NCBI GenBank assembly: GCA_963762115.1
Contig: CAVXJH010000006.1
Span: forward strand, 416,001-480,000
From: Candidatus Babeliales bacterium
GTDB taxonomy: Bacteria; Babelota; Babeliae; Babelales; JANWKD01
Reading direction: 5' to 3'
DNA length: 64,000 nucleotides
The notes beneath the pieces are model-generated. The model ran no database searches. It saw only the letters and a program-made list of their open reading frames with translations, and was not told the DNA's origin. The translations under genes and the position numbers were made by a program. Of this stretch, positions 27,381 to 37,728 are shown in pieces; within the stretch, counting starts at the first letter, position 1; each line of letters begins with the position of its first letter.

Positions 27381-30266
27381 TTATTCATTAGAGCGAATAC
27401 CAAAATCTCCGGCTGCAATCCAATTTCCTGTAGCAGAGTTTTGAACAATTTTTACTATATTATTTGCTTTGTGCCCTTGGAGTGGCATTTGAGAACAAAA
27501 GTGATCCGAGACAAAGACTTTTTTAATCATTTCTTGAGGAATTAAATTTAAAAATGGTTTTTCTGATGTTTGGCGTGATCGTGAGCTAAAATAATGACTC
27601 CCATCAGTGACAAAATTTGATCTGAAATTATTAAATGATAAAAAAGGCGTTGGAATATCTTTATAAATATGATCATTTGTTGCTTGCACGGTTGTTTCTT
27701 TGATGCCTTTTTCATAGACATTATCAATATATAAACGGAAAACATCAGTTTTATTTTCTGCTAAGGATCCTGTTGATGCAAAGAGTTGAGCGCCATGGGC
27801 AAAATCATGTTCATGACGAGTGCGTGTGACAAAAAATAGTTTATAAACACACGTTGAATTGCACGGTAGTTTCACCGATGTTAACCGAGATGTGCTTAAT
27901 GTATTATTTTCATAACGTGCGTCAGTTCCTTGTGGATTATGCAACAGACCGTTCGATGTTGCGAGTAACACAAGAGGTCCAGAAACGCTACCGTCAAAGA
28001 TAATTTCTGTGTTGCTTTTTACTAAGGTATGAGCAGTTAGTTCTGGCTTTAATAACGATTCGGGAGATAAAGGAATTCGCTCGACCGTTTTATTGGTGAT
28101 GATATAAAGATTATTATTATCGCAGATTAATTTTTGAATGAAGCGAGAATTGCCACATTTTTTAAAGTTCATTGCAGCGGCATGAGTTTCAAATAATGGC
28201 GCTATGCCATGTTCTGTTGACCAGCCATTGCCATGTGCATCAGTAAGCACGGCAACACCACGAGCACCACCAACAAAAAGCCATGATTGTGTGCCGTTGG
28301 TGCCAATCGCTGCACAGGTTATAGAGCCAAGTGCTGCCAAAATGTCATCTGAAAAAATCAATGTTTTTGGCATTTCTGATGGTTGGTTTGGGTTAATAGT
28401 TTCCTGGGCATGGGCAATAGTATTTAAAAACATGTTTTTATGAGCAGTAAAAATACCATTTTTATTGTTACCACCCGTTTGAATGAGAGCAACTTTTTTT
28501 TGTCCCATTGCAATCATTAATGAGAGAGGATTTTCTTGTGTGCTTAATCCTGGTGTTGTGCAAGAAAAATCAACAAGCCCCTGTAATCCGCCGTGTTCTT
28601 GAGGAAAAATTGTTTCGATTAATCCTTCAAGAATATCATCTGGTGGTGGTATTTGTTCATTTTTTTTGCGTTTTAATGGATGTTTCCATTGTGTTAAAAC
28701 AAAAAGCGGCAAATCACTATATAAAAAACTAGTGGTATAGTGAGTGGGGTTAATGGAGAATTTAGCAACGCCAACTTCGACGCCAAAACGCTGCCAACAA
28801 GTCCACGCAGCAATTCTTCCTTCGTTATCAAGAATTGCTTGTGAATGGAAAATCCCTGGTTGTTGTCCATTGCCTGGCTGTGCAACACTCACAAACACGG
28901 CATCACCTGAACTATATATATCAGTTATGTCATTTGGTAGTATGCTTTGATTGCCAATACCTATGGCAGGATCATAACAAGAATAAAGATCATGAGCAGT
29001 TTTTGCTGGCGTTGTTAAAAGACGTGCTGTCAAGGTTTTGTCATAGCCATAAATTGCATGAGGCATATCAGATTTGGCAGCAAGAGTACCATGCAAATGA
29101 TCTTGCATAACTTCATGGCGACTTTTATCATGTCCACAGTGGGCAAGGGGAAGAGCATATAAGCAGCGCTTGGTAGTTTCTGGTGCACCGTGACCTCCTA
29201 AAACTATCAGATAGCGTATGCCGGTGCTGGTGATAAAAGGGCGAACTTTATGCAATGATATTTCTTGGTTGGGGCCAACGGCGCCGATGATTTTATCATT
29301 GCCATTGCATAATGCATCAGGTGTTATAGGGTCGAGTATTAATTTGTCTTCGTGAATTCTAGCAACTAGAAGTGCGCGTGCTCCTTGTTCATTTGTGGCA
29401 TCAGCTTTTGTTTTAATATGTAAGGCAATATAAAGTCGTTCAACATTGGGATGCCAGCACATATCAATGACATTTGGCGTAATTGATGCTAAGCCACCAT
29501 TAATGTTGAGCGCTGATGAAATTTCATGTATGCCTAAGGGAATAGCTTTATTACCAAATTCTATGCCGTTGGTTGCATCGAGAACATCAAGTTGTAATTC
29601 TGTTTTTGTGGAACTTCTGCCAATGGTTATTTTTTCTTTGGTGAGTTCTTCTTTTATAATAATATGATGTTTTATTAAAGAAAAACCGCTCTTGTCATCG
29701 CCAAAAAAGCCTTCATGTGGTGAGATGGCAGCAATTGTATACACATGCAGAGAAGTGTCACTGGTGCCGGTTACGGCAGTTTCTAGACATACAATTGCTT
29801 GTGCTTCATTGCCTTGTGCATCATTAAGAGGGGGTATGGTGATAATTGATTGCTGAGAAGTTGTTATAAGATTTTCCAAAAGACAAATTACATTAGGTAT
29901 ATCTGCTGGCACAGCAATTGGCTTATTAGCACCATTATTAAGATGAAGAATTTTTTTATCATATAAAGGATTTGGTTGATCAGGGATATAATTGATTTGT
30001 ACGCGTGGCGGTGTTAATCCAGTAATTATGTCGCCTTGTTGCGTGAGGAAATGTTGAACAATTGAATGGTCTTTACTACCAGGAACTGCTGCACCGGTAT
30101 ACGCTGCAAATGAGGTGAAGTACGCAGCGCCGACAGTATAAAGGCCTTTTTGTTCAGGTTCTTGTGGTTGTGTTGTACTATTGAGATCGTCTATAATCGG
30201 CTCAGACTCTGCTTGCGCATTTCGCGGTAACAGTAATAATAGTAAAAAAACTACGTTGAGAATCAT
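27381..30266 (-). CDS. Large exported hypothetical protein, beta-rich (possible propeller/surface protein)
   Basis: 961-aa ORF with signal ending AQA; strand-rich with LFVGG..GVAV, LLATSNGL and WIAAGDFG blade-like motifs. Confidence 0.7.
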   Translation of the reverse strand: MILNVVFLLLLLLPRNAQAESEPIIDDLNSTTQPQEPEQKGLYTVGAAYFTSFAAYTGAAVPGSKDHSIVQHFLTQQGDIITGLTPPRVQINYIPDQPNPLYDKKILHLNNGANKPIAVPADIPNVICLLENLITTSQQSIITIPPLNDAQGNEAQAIVCLETAVTGTSDTSLHVYTIAAISPHEGFFGDDKSGFSLIKHHIIIKEELTKEKITIGRSSTKTELQLDVLDATNGIEFGNKAIPLGIHEISSALNINGGLASITPNVIDMCWHPNVERLYIALHIKTKADATNEQGARALLVARIHEDKLILDPITPDALCNGNDKIIGAVGPNQEISLHKVRPFITSTGIRYLIVLGGHGAPETTKRCLYALPLAHCGHDKSRHEVMQDHLHGTLAAKSDMPHAIYGYDKTLTARLLTTPAKTAHDLYSCYDPAIGIGNQSILPNDITDIYSSGDAVFVSVAQPGNGQQPGIFHSQAILDNEGRIAAWTCWQRFGVEVGVAKFSINPTHYTTSFLYSDLPLFVLTQWKHPLKRKKNEQIPPPDDILEGLIETIFPQEHGGLQGLVDFSCTTPGLSTQENPLSLMIAMGQKKVALIQTGGNNKNGIFTAHKNMFLNTIAHAQETINPNQPSEMPKTLIFSDDILAALGSITCAAIGTNGTQSWLFVGGARGVAVLTDAHGNGWSTEHGIAPLFETHAAAMNFKKCGNSRFIQKLICDNNNLYIITNKTVERIPLSPESLLKPELTAHTLVKSNTEIIFDGSVSGPLVLLATSNGLLHNPQGTDARYENNTLSTSRLTSVKLPCNSTCVYKLFFVTRTRHEHDFAHGAQLFASTGSLAENKTDVFRLYIDNVYEKGIKETTVQATNDHIYKDIPTPFLSFNNFRSNFVTDGSHYFSSRSRQTSEKPFLNLIPQEMIKKVFVSDHFCSQMPLQGHKANNIVKIVQNSATGNWIAAGDFGIRSNE

Positions 30267-30483
30267 TTCCTAATCCTTATTTTTTATTTTTAAAATAGTT
30301 GCTCATTAATTCCTACGCATGTTGAGCATTTAGTGTAAGATAATTTTAAAAAAGAATCACTTTTTCAAAATTATTATAGCTTACAAAAAAAATATTTTAT
30401 TTCCAAATGATAAAACATATGCTATACAAATAAGAGTAAATAAGTTTTTTTAATTTTATAAAATATTCATAGTAGGTTTTTTA

Positions 30484-32025
30484 ATGCATGCTAAAGTTTA
30501 TGCTGCTACGCCGATTGGCATAGAAGCGCATGAGGTAGTTGTTGAAGTTGATCTATCCTTTGGTATGTTACAGTTCTTTATTGTTGGATTGCCTGATAGA
30601 GCCATTACAGAAAGTCGTCAACGAATTCAAACCGCGTTGAAAAACAGTGGTATTCGCTTGCCTGAACGTAAGATTACGGTGAATCTTGCACCAGCCGATC
30701 TGAAAAAAGAAGGAACGTTGTTTGATTTGCCGATTGCATTAGGCATTATGCAGGCAAGTAACTATATTGAATTATCAAAAGCTTTTCTGGAAGAAACATT
30801 GTTTTTGGGCGAGTTATCACTTGATGGTTCAATTCGAGGTATTAAAGGGGCTTTAGCCATTGCTTTTGATGCTAAAAAACTTGGCAAGCGTCGTATTATT
30901 TTATCAAAAGATAATGCTGCTGAAGCTGCATTAATTAGTGATATTGAAGTTATTGGCGTAGAAAGTTTGGTGCAATTAGTTGCTTTTGTGCGAGGGGAAT
31001 TAGCTCTTGAGCCTACACGCATTGAACTTGGTGCTTTACATGAAGCTATGTTTGATACGACCATTGATTTTGGTGAAGTTAAAGGGCAAACACAAGCAAA
31101 AAGAGCATTGCAAATTGCTGCCGCTGGAAGGCATAACATTCTTTTTATTGGACCTCCTGGATCAGGAAAAACAATGCTTGCAAAAAGGCTGCCAACACTC
31201 ATGCCTGCAATGACGTTTAAAGAAATTCTTGAAACAACAAAAATTTATTCAGTGAGTGGAAAATTATCAAACAAAGTGTTAATTACCCAACGGCCATTTC
31301 GAAGTCCTCATCACACTATTTCACAAGCGGGATTAGTTGGCGGTGGTTCTTTTCCACAACCTGGTGAAATTAGTTTGACGCATAACGGCATTTTATTTTT
31401 AGATGAGTTAACGGAATTTAAACGAACTACTTTGGAAGTTTTACGTCAACCATTGGAAAATAAAACGGTGTGTATTTCTCGTGCTAATCATGCTGTTTCT
31501 TTCCCCGCTTCATTTTTGTTGGTGGCGGCACTTAATCCGTGTCCTTGTGGTTTCTTGGGCGATAAGAAAAAAGAGTGTACTTGTTCTCGCGCACAAGTTG
31601 AGCGTTATTTGGAAAAACTTTCAGGTCCCTTGCTTGATCGCATTGATTTACAAATTAATGTACAATCAGTCAGTTATGATTCTCTGAAAGATACGTCACA
31701 AGGCCATAATTCAGCCGATTTATTAGTTGCCGTGAAACGCGCTGTTTTAAAACAGCGTGAACGATTTGGTGAACAAGATGTTTGGAATAGTTCAATGAAT
31801 AATGCTGCGCTTGATGCTCATTGTATTTTAACTGATGCAGCGCAAGAAATTATTAAAAAGGCTTTTGATAGATTGCGCTTGAGTATGCGTGGGTATCATA
31901 AAATTCTTAAAGTTGCTCGTACTATTGCGGATTTATCAGGGTCTGAAGTCATTGATGTTGTGCATATCCAAGAAGCAATTATGTATCGTTCTCTTGATCA
32001 AGCATTGGAGCATATGAAAGCATGA
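30484..32025 (+). CDS. comM: YifB/ComM Mg-chelatase-like AAA+ ATPase
   Basis: IVGLPD, ITVNLAPA, GPPGSGKTMLA, RPFRSPHH, LFLDE, NPCPCG, LLDRID. Confidence 0.95.
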   Translation: MHAKVYAATPIGIEAHEVVVEVDLSFGMLQFFIVGLPDRAITESRQRIQTALKNSGIRLPERKITVNLAPADLKKEGTLFDLPIALGIMQASNYIELSKAFLEETLFLGELSLDGSIRGIKGALAIAFDAKKLGKRRIILSKDNAAEAALISDIEVIGVESLVQLVAFVRGELALEPTRIELGALHEAMFDTTIDFGEVKGQTQAKRALQIAAAGRHNILFIGPPGSGKTMLAKRLPTLMPAMTFKEILETTKIYSVSGKLSNKVLITQRPFRSPHHTISQAGLVGGGSFPQPGEISLTHNGILFLDELTEFKRTTLEVLRQPLENKTVCISRANHAVSFPASFLLVAALNPCPCGFLGDKKKECTCSRAQVERYLEKLSGPLLDRIDLQINVQSVSYDSLKDTSQGHNSADLLVAVKRAVLKQRERFGEQDVWNSSMNNAALDAHCILTDAAQEIIKKAFDRLRLSMRGYHKILKVARTIADLSGSEVIDVVHIQEAIMYRSLDQALEHMKA

Positions 32026-32423
32026 TTTCTGGTATTGGCGTGGATGCTGTTGAAATTAAGCGATTTGCTCGTTGGCATACATTTTCTCAGAAGCAGTTAT
32101 TAAAAATTTTTACGCCCCAAGAGCTTAAGTATTCTTTTGAGAATTCGCTTAAAACGGCAGAGCGTCTTGCAGTAAGATTTGCAGCTAAAGAAGCTTTTTA
32201 TAAAGCTGGTTCAGGTATGCTTGAGCATAAATCTTTGTATTATAATGCTCGCCATGTTGGTGTTGAACGTGAAATTGATCAAAAGCCAGTTCTTGTAGTC
32301 GATTGGCAGAGGCTTTTTACTGATAAAAAAGCATTATTATGTGCCCAAACTATAAAGGTACATGTTTCGTTAACCCATACTGAAGAAATTGCTATTGCAT
32401 ATGTAATTTTGGAAAATGTATAA
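32022..32423 (+). CDS. acpS: Holo-ACP synthase
   Basis: GIGVDAVEI.RF, RFAAKEAFYKA, VSLTH. Confidence 0.92.
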   Translation: MISGIGVDAVEIKRFARWHTFSQKQLLKIFTPQELKYSFENSLKTAERLAVRFAAKEAFYKAGSGMLEHKSLYYNARHVGVEREIDQKPVLVVDWQRLFTDKKALLCAQTIKVHVSLTHTEEIAIAYVILENV

Positions 32424-32450
32424 GCAAGGCCATTGCAATAGTTTATTTAA

Positions 32451-32478
32451 TTGACAATCGAAAAAAAGACGTTACAAT
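32451..32478 (+). promoter_or_regulatory. Sigma70 promoter for the tRNA
   Basis: TTGACA-16 nt-TACAAT about 50 nt upstream of the tRNA. Confidence 0.65.
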
Positions 32479-32527
32479 CAATAATAACTAAACTTTTCTT
32501 AGAAATAAAAATTTATCAAAAATTTGA

Positions 32528-32604
<77 letters not shown>

Positions 32605-32614
32605 ATTCCTCTTT

Positions 32615-33553
32615 TTATTTCCTTTTGTAAAGATAAAATCCCAATCCCAATAATAGAATTCCCAGAATGCTAATGACAGCCAAATAGGCTGGATTTTGTG
32701 CATTTCGAGCAACAACCCAACTGCTATAACCTGCAAGAACAACAACAATGTAGCCAATGAGGCTAAAAATAGTGTTTTTGTAGCGCATGCCAAGCATAAG
32801 TATGATAAAAGCAAAGAGCATATAATAAATAGTTAATAAAAATTGTGTGATATCAGTCCTGATTAACGTGTCATAGGCGCGAGAATATTCAATAAATGGT
32901 TTCATGAAAAATGATGGCTGTCCCGAAACACGATCAAAGTAAAGAATTATTGTTGTTGCGCCCTCTATAAAAAAGGTTATTACCATAGCTATGCCAAGGC
33001 TCTTGGGAAGAAATCTTTGTTCTTTATCTGAGAGATGTTTCTTGCGATAATGCACGACAAAAAATAGAAATAGTAATGAAACAAGAATGCTTATAATGAG
33101 ACTATGTAAAGTGATAGCGGTTTGAGGATGGAGAAGATGATTACACTTATATGAAATGATAATAAAGCATAGTGTGCTGATGTAAGAGAGATATCCCAAA
33201 ATTCGCATTGCTTTACTTTGGGCAATGATGCCAAAGGCTATCAATCCTGTAGCATAAGCAAGTGGTATACTTTGATAGAGCGGTGCATGCCATGAGATTC
33301 TCAATAACCAATAGCCAATGCCCATTGAAAAAATAGTTAATGCTATGATGGGTGCATGTTTTAACCAAGAAGTATATTGACTATTTTTTGGTTGAATTTT
33401 TGATTGCTCATTACCAACTAATGAACTGTGAAATTCATACGTGGGGTTATTTAATTTTTGTTCAAGTACATTGATGTGCTTCTCTTGTTGAGAAAGTTGT
33501 TCTTTTAATTTTTGTAATTGACTTAAAATTTTTTGTTCAAATGAATTTTTCAT
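32615..33553 (-). CDS. Multi-pass membrane protein with N-terminal coiled coil (DUF2339-like, tentative)
   Basis: N-terminal coiled coil followed by about 8 hydrophobic segments ending GFYLYKRK. Confidence 0.6.
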   Translation of the reverse strand: MKNSFEQKILSQLQKLKEQLSQQEKHINVLEQKLNNPTYEFHSSLVGNEQSKIQPKNSQYTSWLKHAPIIALTIFSMGIGYWLLRISWHAPLYQSIPLAYATGLIAFGIIAQSKAMRILGYLSYISTLCFIIISYKCNHLLHPQTAITLHSLIISILVSLLFLFFVVHYRKKHLSDKEQRFLPKSLGIAMVITFFIEGATTIILYFDRVSGQPSFFMKPFIEYSRAYDTLIRTDITQFLLTIYYMLFAFIILMLGMRYKNTIFSLIGYIVVVLAGYSSWVVARNAQNPAYLAVISILGILLLGLGFYLYKRK

Positions 33554-33688
33554 AAAAATTATCCCCTTTATGAACAAATAGCATGCATAGTACTCTCTTT
33601 TTTTTATCTATGCTACAATTAATGGTACGCTTTTAGCTTACTTAAAAGCAAGGATATACTTCTTCTTAACGAATGATTATAGGCATAT

Positions 33689-34420
33689 ATGTTGCTTCAT
33701 AAAAATCCATTATTTTCAATTTATTTTGGTGATGGCAGAGAAAAATTTGTACCTGCCCATTTTGCCAATAGTAATTCCTCTCAAGAAATTTTAACAAAAG
33801 CTCCCTTTGATCGATTAAAAAAAATGATGAAAATAGAAAATTTAGTTTTCTTGCATCAAGTGCATGGGGTTCATGGTGTTATGATTATGTCTTCTGAGCA
33901 GCTTAAGGATTCAAAATCATTTAGTAATGATGGTGATTATTTAATAACGGCATTACCAAAAATTGGTTTGGGTGTTGTGACGGCAGATTGTTTACCTATT
34001 GTTATTTATGATAATTTCAATCAAATAATTGCTAATGTTCATGCTGGTTGGCGTGGCACCGTTGAGCGCGTTGTTGTTGTTGCTGTTGAGCAGATGATTT
34101 CATTCTATGGTTCTGAATTGAGAAATTTGCAATTTTTTTTTGGACCATCGGCAAAAGCATGTTGTTATGAAGTTAAAGAAGATATGATGCCGTATCTTGA
34201 AAAATTTTCATATGTGTCTGAAATTTTACAAAAACATGATGATCGTTATACCTTAGATGTTCCCTTATTGAATCGATTGCAATTAGAAGAACTGGGTATA
34301 AAAAAAGATGCAATACATTTGAGTTATAATGTATGCACAATGTGCCATCTTTCATTTTGTTCGTATCGGCGATTAAAAAATAATGAACGTCAAATGACTG
34401 TTGTGGTGTTGAATGGGTGA
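33689..34420 (+). CDS. pgeF: Peptidoglycan editing factor PgeF (YfiH family)
   Basis: QVHG, DYLIT, TADCLP, HAGWRG, GPS...CCYEV, CT.C...SYRR. Confidence 0.93.
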   Translation: MLLHKNPLFSIYFGDGREKFVPAHFANSNSSQEILTKAPFDRLKKMMKIENLVFLHQVHGVHGVMIMSSEQLKDSKSFSNDGDYLITALPKIGLGVVTADCLPIVIYDNFNQIIANVHAGWRGTVERVVVVAVEQMISFYGSELRNLQFFFGPSAKACCYEVKEDMMPYLEKFSYVSEILQKHDDRYTLDVPLLNRLQLEELGIKKDAIHLSYNVCTMCHLSFCSYRRLKNNERQMTVVVLNG

Positions 34421-35039
34421 CTTAATGATGTATCAATCTAAAATAGACTATGCAGCATACATTCATGATCAAATAATAAAATTAGTTCCTGAGCTTGTAG
34501 CCCAAGAGTGTTCAATCCTTGATTTTGGCTGTGGCGATGGTTTTTTAACTAACTTTATGCAAAACACTTTTTTTAAGGCACATGTTGTTGGCATCGATAG
34601 TAATAAAAGTTTAGTAGAAAAAGCAGCAATTGAATTTCCTACGATTACCTTTCAACATGTACAAGATAAAAAATTACCCTTTGCTGATAACAGTTTTGAT
34701 CTGATTTATGCTGTTGATGTTTTTCATCACCTACATACATCAGATCATGTTTTTTATGTTTCAGAATTAATGCGTGTGTTAAAGCATGGCGGTAGATTTA
34801 TACTTTTTGAAGTTAATCCGTATAATCTGTTTGCTTATATTCAATTTAAAAAAAATCCATTAGAAAAAAACAGCATGTTGCTTATGCCAACCTATGCCTC
34901 TCAATTATTTTCTTCTTATACTTGCTCAAGTATAGTTAAATATTACTTTCTATCTCAGTTGTTGCCTTTGCGGTTAAAGGAATATATGTGGCATCTTCCT
35001 TTTGGATCGGTATATTCTGTGCTGGTGCATAAGAAGTAA
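34413..35039 (+). CDS. Class I SAM-dependent methyltransferase
   Basis: ILDFGCGDG, LPFADNSFD, VFHH, FEVNPYN. Confidence 0.9.
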   Translation: MGDLMMYQSKIDYAAYIHDQIIKLVPELVAQECSILDFGCGDGFLTNFMQNTFFKAHVVGIDSNKSLVEKAAIEFPTITFQHVQDKKLPFADNSFDLIYAVDVFHHLHTSDHVFYVSELMRVLKHGGRFILFEVNPYNLFAYIQFKKNPLEKNSMLLMPTYASQLFSSYTCSSIVKYYFLSQLLPLRLKEYMWHLPFGSVYSVLVHKK

Positions 35040-35056
35040 TAGTTGTTGATGTTGCT

Positions 35057-35758
35057 CTATTTTCTTTCAACAATAATTGCGTAAAGACCTCCAAGAAAAA
35101 AATGTGTTAAATATTTTTCAAAAGGCCGTAGAAAACGCAAAAAGTGTGGAAAGAAAAAATAATATTTACGAGTAATCTTATCGCCTGGTTTGCAATATTT
35201 TTTTAATAAATGGTAACCATAAGAAGGTATGAGCATTTTTGCATTCACTTCAACAGGGCTGCGTCGGAATATAAATTGGGTTACCGGATTATAAGGGTTT
35301 AATTCAAAAAGAACAAAGGTGCCATTCGGCTTTAGTGTACGAAAAATTTCTTTCATATAACCATCATGATTTTTAAATGGTATGTGATGGAAAGCACCAA
35401 CTGCTAAACTTAAATCAAAAGAATTATCTGCAAATTCAAGATCAGGTTTATCATCATAATTAATACCAAAATGCATATTGGGATAGAGTTCTTGTGCGAT
35501 TTTTATACTTTCTGGCGAAGGGTCAACGCCATATATTTCTGCTTGGGGGAAATATTGATTAACGTATGATGTCATAAGGCCATCGCCACAACCAAAATCA
35601 AAAATTTTTTTGGCTGTTTTAGCGCGCTGGGGAATCCATTCTTGTAATTTTATCGCTTTAAATTCAGCCATGAAGGCGCTTGATTCGCCAACTAGACCCA
35701 TTTCTTTGTCATGATTCTTGCGAAAATCTTTTATATAGCAATCAAATTCTGCTTTCAT
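35057..35758 (-). CDS. Class I SAM-dependent methyltransferase
   Basis: FDFGCGDG, AFHHIP, FELNPYNP; paralog of 37006. Confidence 0.92.
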   Translation of the reverse strand: MKAEFDCYIKDFRKNHDKEMGLVGESSAFMAEFKAIKLQEWIPQRAKTAKKIFDFGCGDGLMTSYVNQYFPQAEIYGVDPSPESIKIAQELYPNMHFGINYDDKPDLEFADNSFDLSLAVGAFHHIPFKNHDGYMKEIFRTLKPNGTFVLFELNPYNPVTQFIFRRSPVEVNAKMLIPSYGYHLLKKYCKPGDKITRKYYFFFPHFLRFLRPFEKYLTHFFLGGLYAIIVERK

Positions 35759-35831
35759 TGTTACTACCTTTTTTTTTGAGTTACCTACTGATTTACCTTA
35801 AAATTCTTTTATTTTTTTCACAAGAAGATAT

Positions 35832-36860
35832 TTATATATTCATTTCTTTTTGATTATTCCCTTGTTTAATTGATGGCGTAGGAAAAATATTTTCTTCATC
35901 AACTGTTTTATTATGTGCCGCTTCAGTGGTTATGATATTAACCATTTCATCAACAATATAGAGAGGTCTGTTTTTTTGTTGTTCATGAATACGTCCAATA
36001 TATTCACCAATAAGCCAAAGCAGGAGAAACTGGACTCCCATGAAAATATAAATGATCGTTGTGAGCCATTTAAAAAGTGGATAATAGGTATTAAGCAACA
36101 GAACATCAAGGCTGATGTAAGCAAACATCATGCATCCGGTGGTGATTACAAAGAGACCAGCATAAGCGGCAAGTTTCAAGGGAAAAAGTGAAAAACCAGT
36201 TAAACCATCGAAAGCAAGTTTGAACATCTTTTTCCAAGTATATCCTGATTGTCCTGCATGGCGATTTGGGCGATCAAAATCAACAAAAGTATGTTTAAAT
36301 CCTGTCCAGGCAACCATGCCGCGTAAATAACGAGCTTTCTCGCGACATTCTTTTAAAGTGTGTAATACTTTTTTATCAATGAGTCGATAATCACCCACAT
36401 TGCGTGGAATTTTGACATCGGAGATTGAATCTAAAAAACGATAATAGAGCAATGCGGTAAATTTTTTAAGGAAACTATCGATTCTATTAGCTCTTCGTGC
36501 ATATACAATTGAGAATCCATCTTCCCAAGCTTTTATCATATCAATAAGAAGATGTGGGGGATCTTGTAAATCTGCGTCCATAGTTATTATTGCGTCACCT
36601 GATGCATGATCATAACCTGCCGTTAGCGCCATTTGATGACCAAAATTTCTGCTAAATTCTAATGCTTTAATGTGGTGATCATGTGTTGCTAAATCAGCGA
36701 TAATTGACCATGAATTATCCTTGCTTCCATCATTGATAAAAATGAGTTCATAATCGTAATTATCAAATTGATTCAGAATTTCTGTTACTGTTTTATGCAA
36801 TAGTGCTAAGGTACCTTCTTCATTAAAAATTGGTACAATAATTGATAATTTTTTTTTCAT
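35832..36860 (-). CDS. GT2 GtrB/ArnC-like undecaprenyl-phosphate glycosyltransferase
   Basis: SIIVPIFNEE, NDGS.D, SRNFGHQ, MDADLQDPP, two C-terminal TMs, GEYIGRI...RPLYIV. Confidence 0.93.
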   Translation of the reverse strand: MKKKLSIIVPIFNEEGTLALLHKTVTEILNQFDNYDYELIFINDGSKDNSWSIIADLATHDHHIKALEFSRNFGHQMALTAGYDHASGDAIITMDADLQDPPHLLIDMIKAWEDGFSIVYARRANRIDSFLKKFTALLYYRFLDSISDVKIPRNVGDYRLIDKKVLHTLKECREKARYLRGMVAWTGFKHTFVDFDRPNRHAGQSGYTWKKMFKLAFDGLTGFSLFPLKLAAYAGLFVITTGCMMFAYISLDVLLLNTYYPLFKWLTTIIYIFMGVQFLLLWLIGEYIGRIHEQQKNRPLYIVDEMVNIITTEAAHNKTVDEENIFPTPSIKQGNNQKEMNI

Positions 36861-37005
36861 TACGTAAACCACCTTTTAAATTAATAGAAAATATTATGAA
36901 TACATGCTCATACTATCAAATTTTCAAAAGAGCTAAAGTAGACAGTCAAACTAATTATGCTAGAGTATTCACAATCAAATGTATAAAAAAAGAGGGAATG
37001 ATAAA

Positions 37006-37713
37006 ATGAATGCCGAATTTGATTGTTATATAAAGAATTATAGAAAAAATTTAGATAATTCTTTGGCTTTGTCTGGTGAATCAAGCACTTATTTTGCTCA
37101 GTATAAAGCAAAAAAATTAAAAGAATGGTTGTTGTCTCGAGCAAATCGATCTCAAACTATCTTAGATTTTGGGTGTGGTGATGGGATGATGACAGCATTT
37201 GTTGCGGAGGAATTTCCTTTGGCAACAGTCTTTGGAGTTGATCCTTCATCTGATAGTATTAAAGAAGCGCAAGAACAATTTCCAAAGATTAAATTTGCAC
37301 TAAATTATGATGAAAAGCCAGATCTCGATTTTCAAGATAATCAGTTTGATATTGTATTTGCAGCAGGTGCATTTCATCATATTCCTTTTGAGCGGCATCA
37401 CGGATATCTCAAAGAAATCTTTCGTGTTTTAAAGCCTGATGGTTGTTTTGTTATATTTGAATTGAATCCGTTCAATCCTTTAACGGTTCGTACGTTCAAA
37501 AATAATGTTATTGATCAAAATGCAACAATGCTTAAACCAAAATTTACACAAAAACTAGTCAAAAGTTGTGCGCCACATGGTAATATTATTGTTAAATTTT
37601 ATTGTTTTTATCCTCGTATTTTAAAATATTTGCGCTGGACTGAGCGCTTCATGACAATGATTCCATTTGGTGCGCTTTATGCTGTTATTGCACAGGGAAA
37701 AGCAAAAAAATAA
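37006..37713 (+). CDS. Class I SAM-dependent methyltransferase
   Basis: MNAEFDCYIK start as in the 35758 paralog; ILDFGCGDG, AFHHIP. Confidence 0.92.
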   Translation: MNAEFDCYIKNYRKNLDNSLALSGESSTYFAQYKAKKLKEWLLSRANRSQTILDFGCGDGMMTAFVAEEFPLATVFGVDPSSDSIKEAQEQFPKIKFALNYDEKPDLDFQDNQFDIVFAAGAFHHIPFERHHGYLKEIFRVLKPDGCFVIFELNPFNPLTVRTFKNNVIDQNATMLKPKFTQKLVKSCAPHGNIIVKFYCFYPRILKYLRWTERFMTMIPFGALYAVIAQGKAKK

Positions 37714-37728
37714 GGAAAGTTTTTTGAT

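Noticed and set aside
30762..31687. Overlapping ORFs within comM (and similar 60-110-aa antisense or alternate-frame ORFs across the window)
   Set aside because: Fully nested in well-supported genes, with no motifs.
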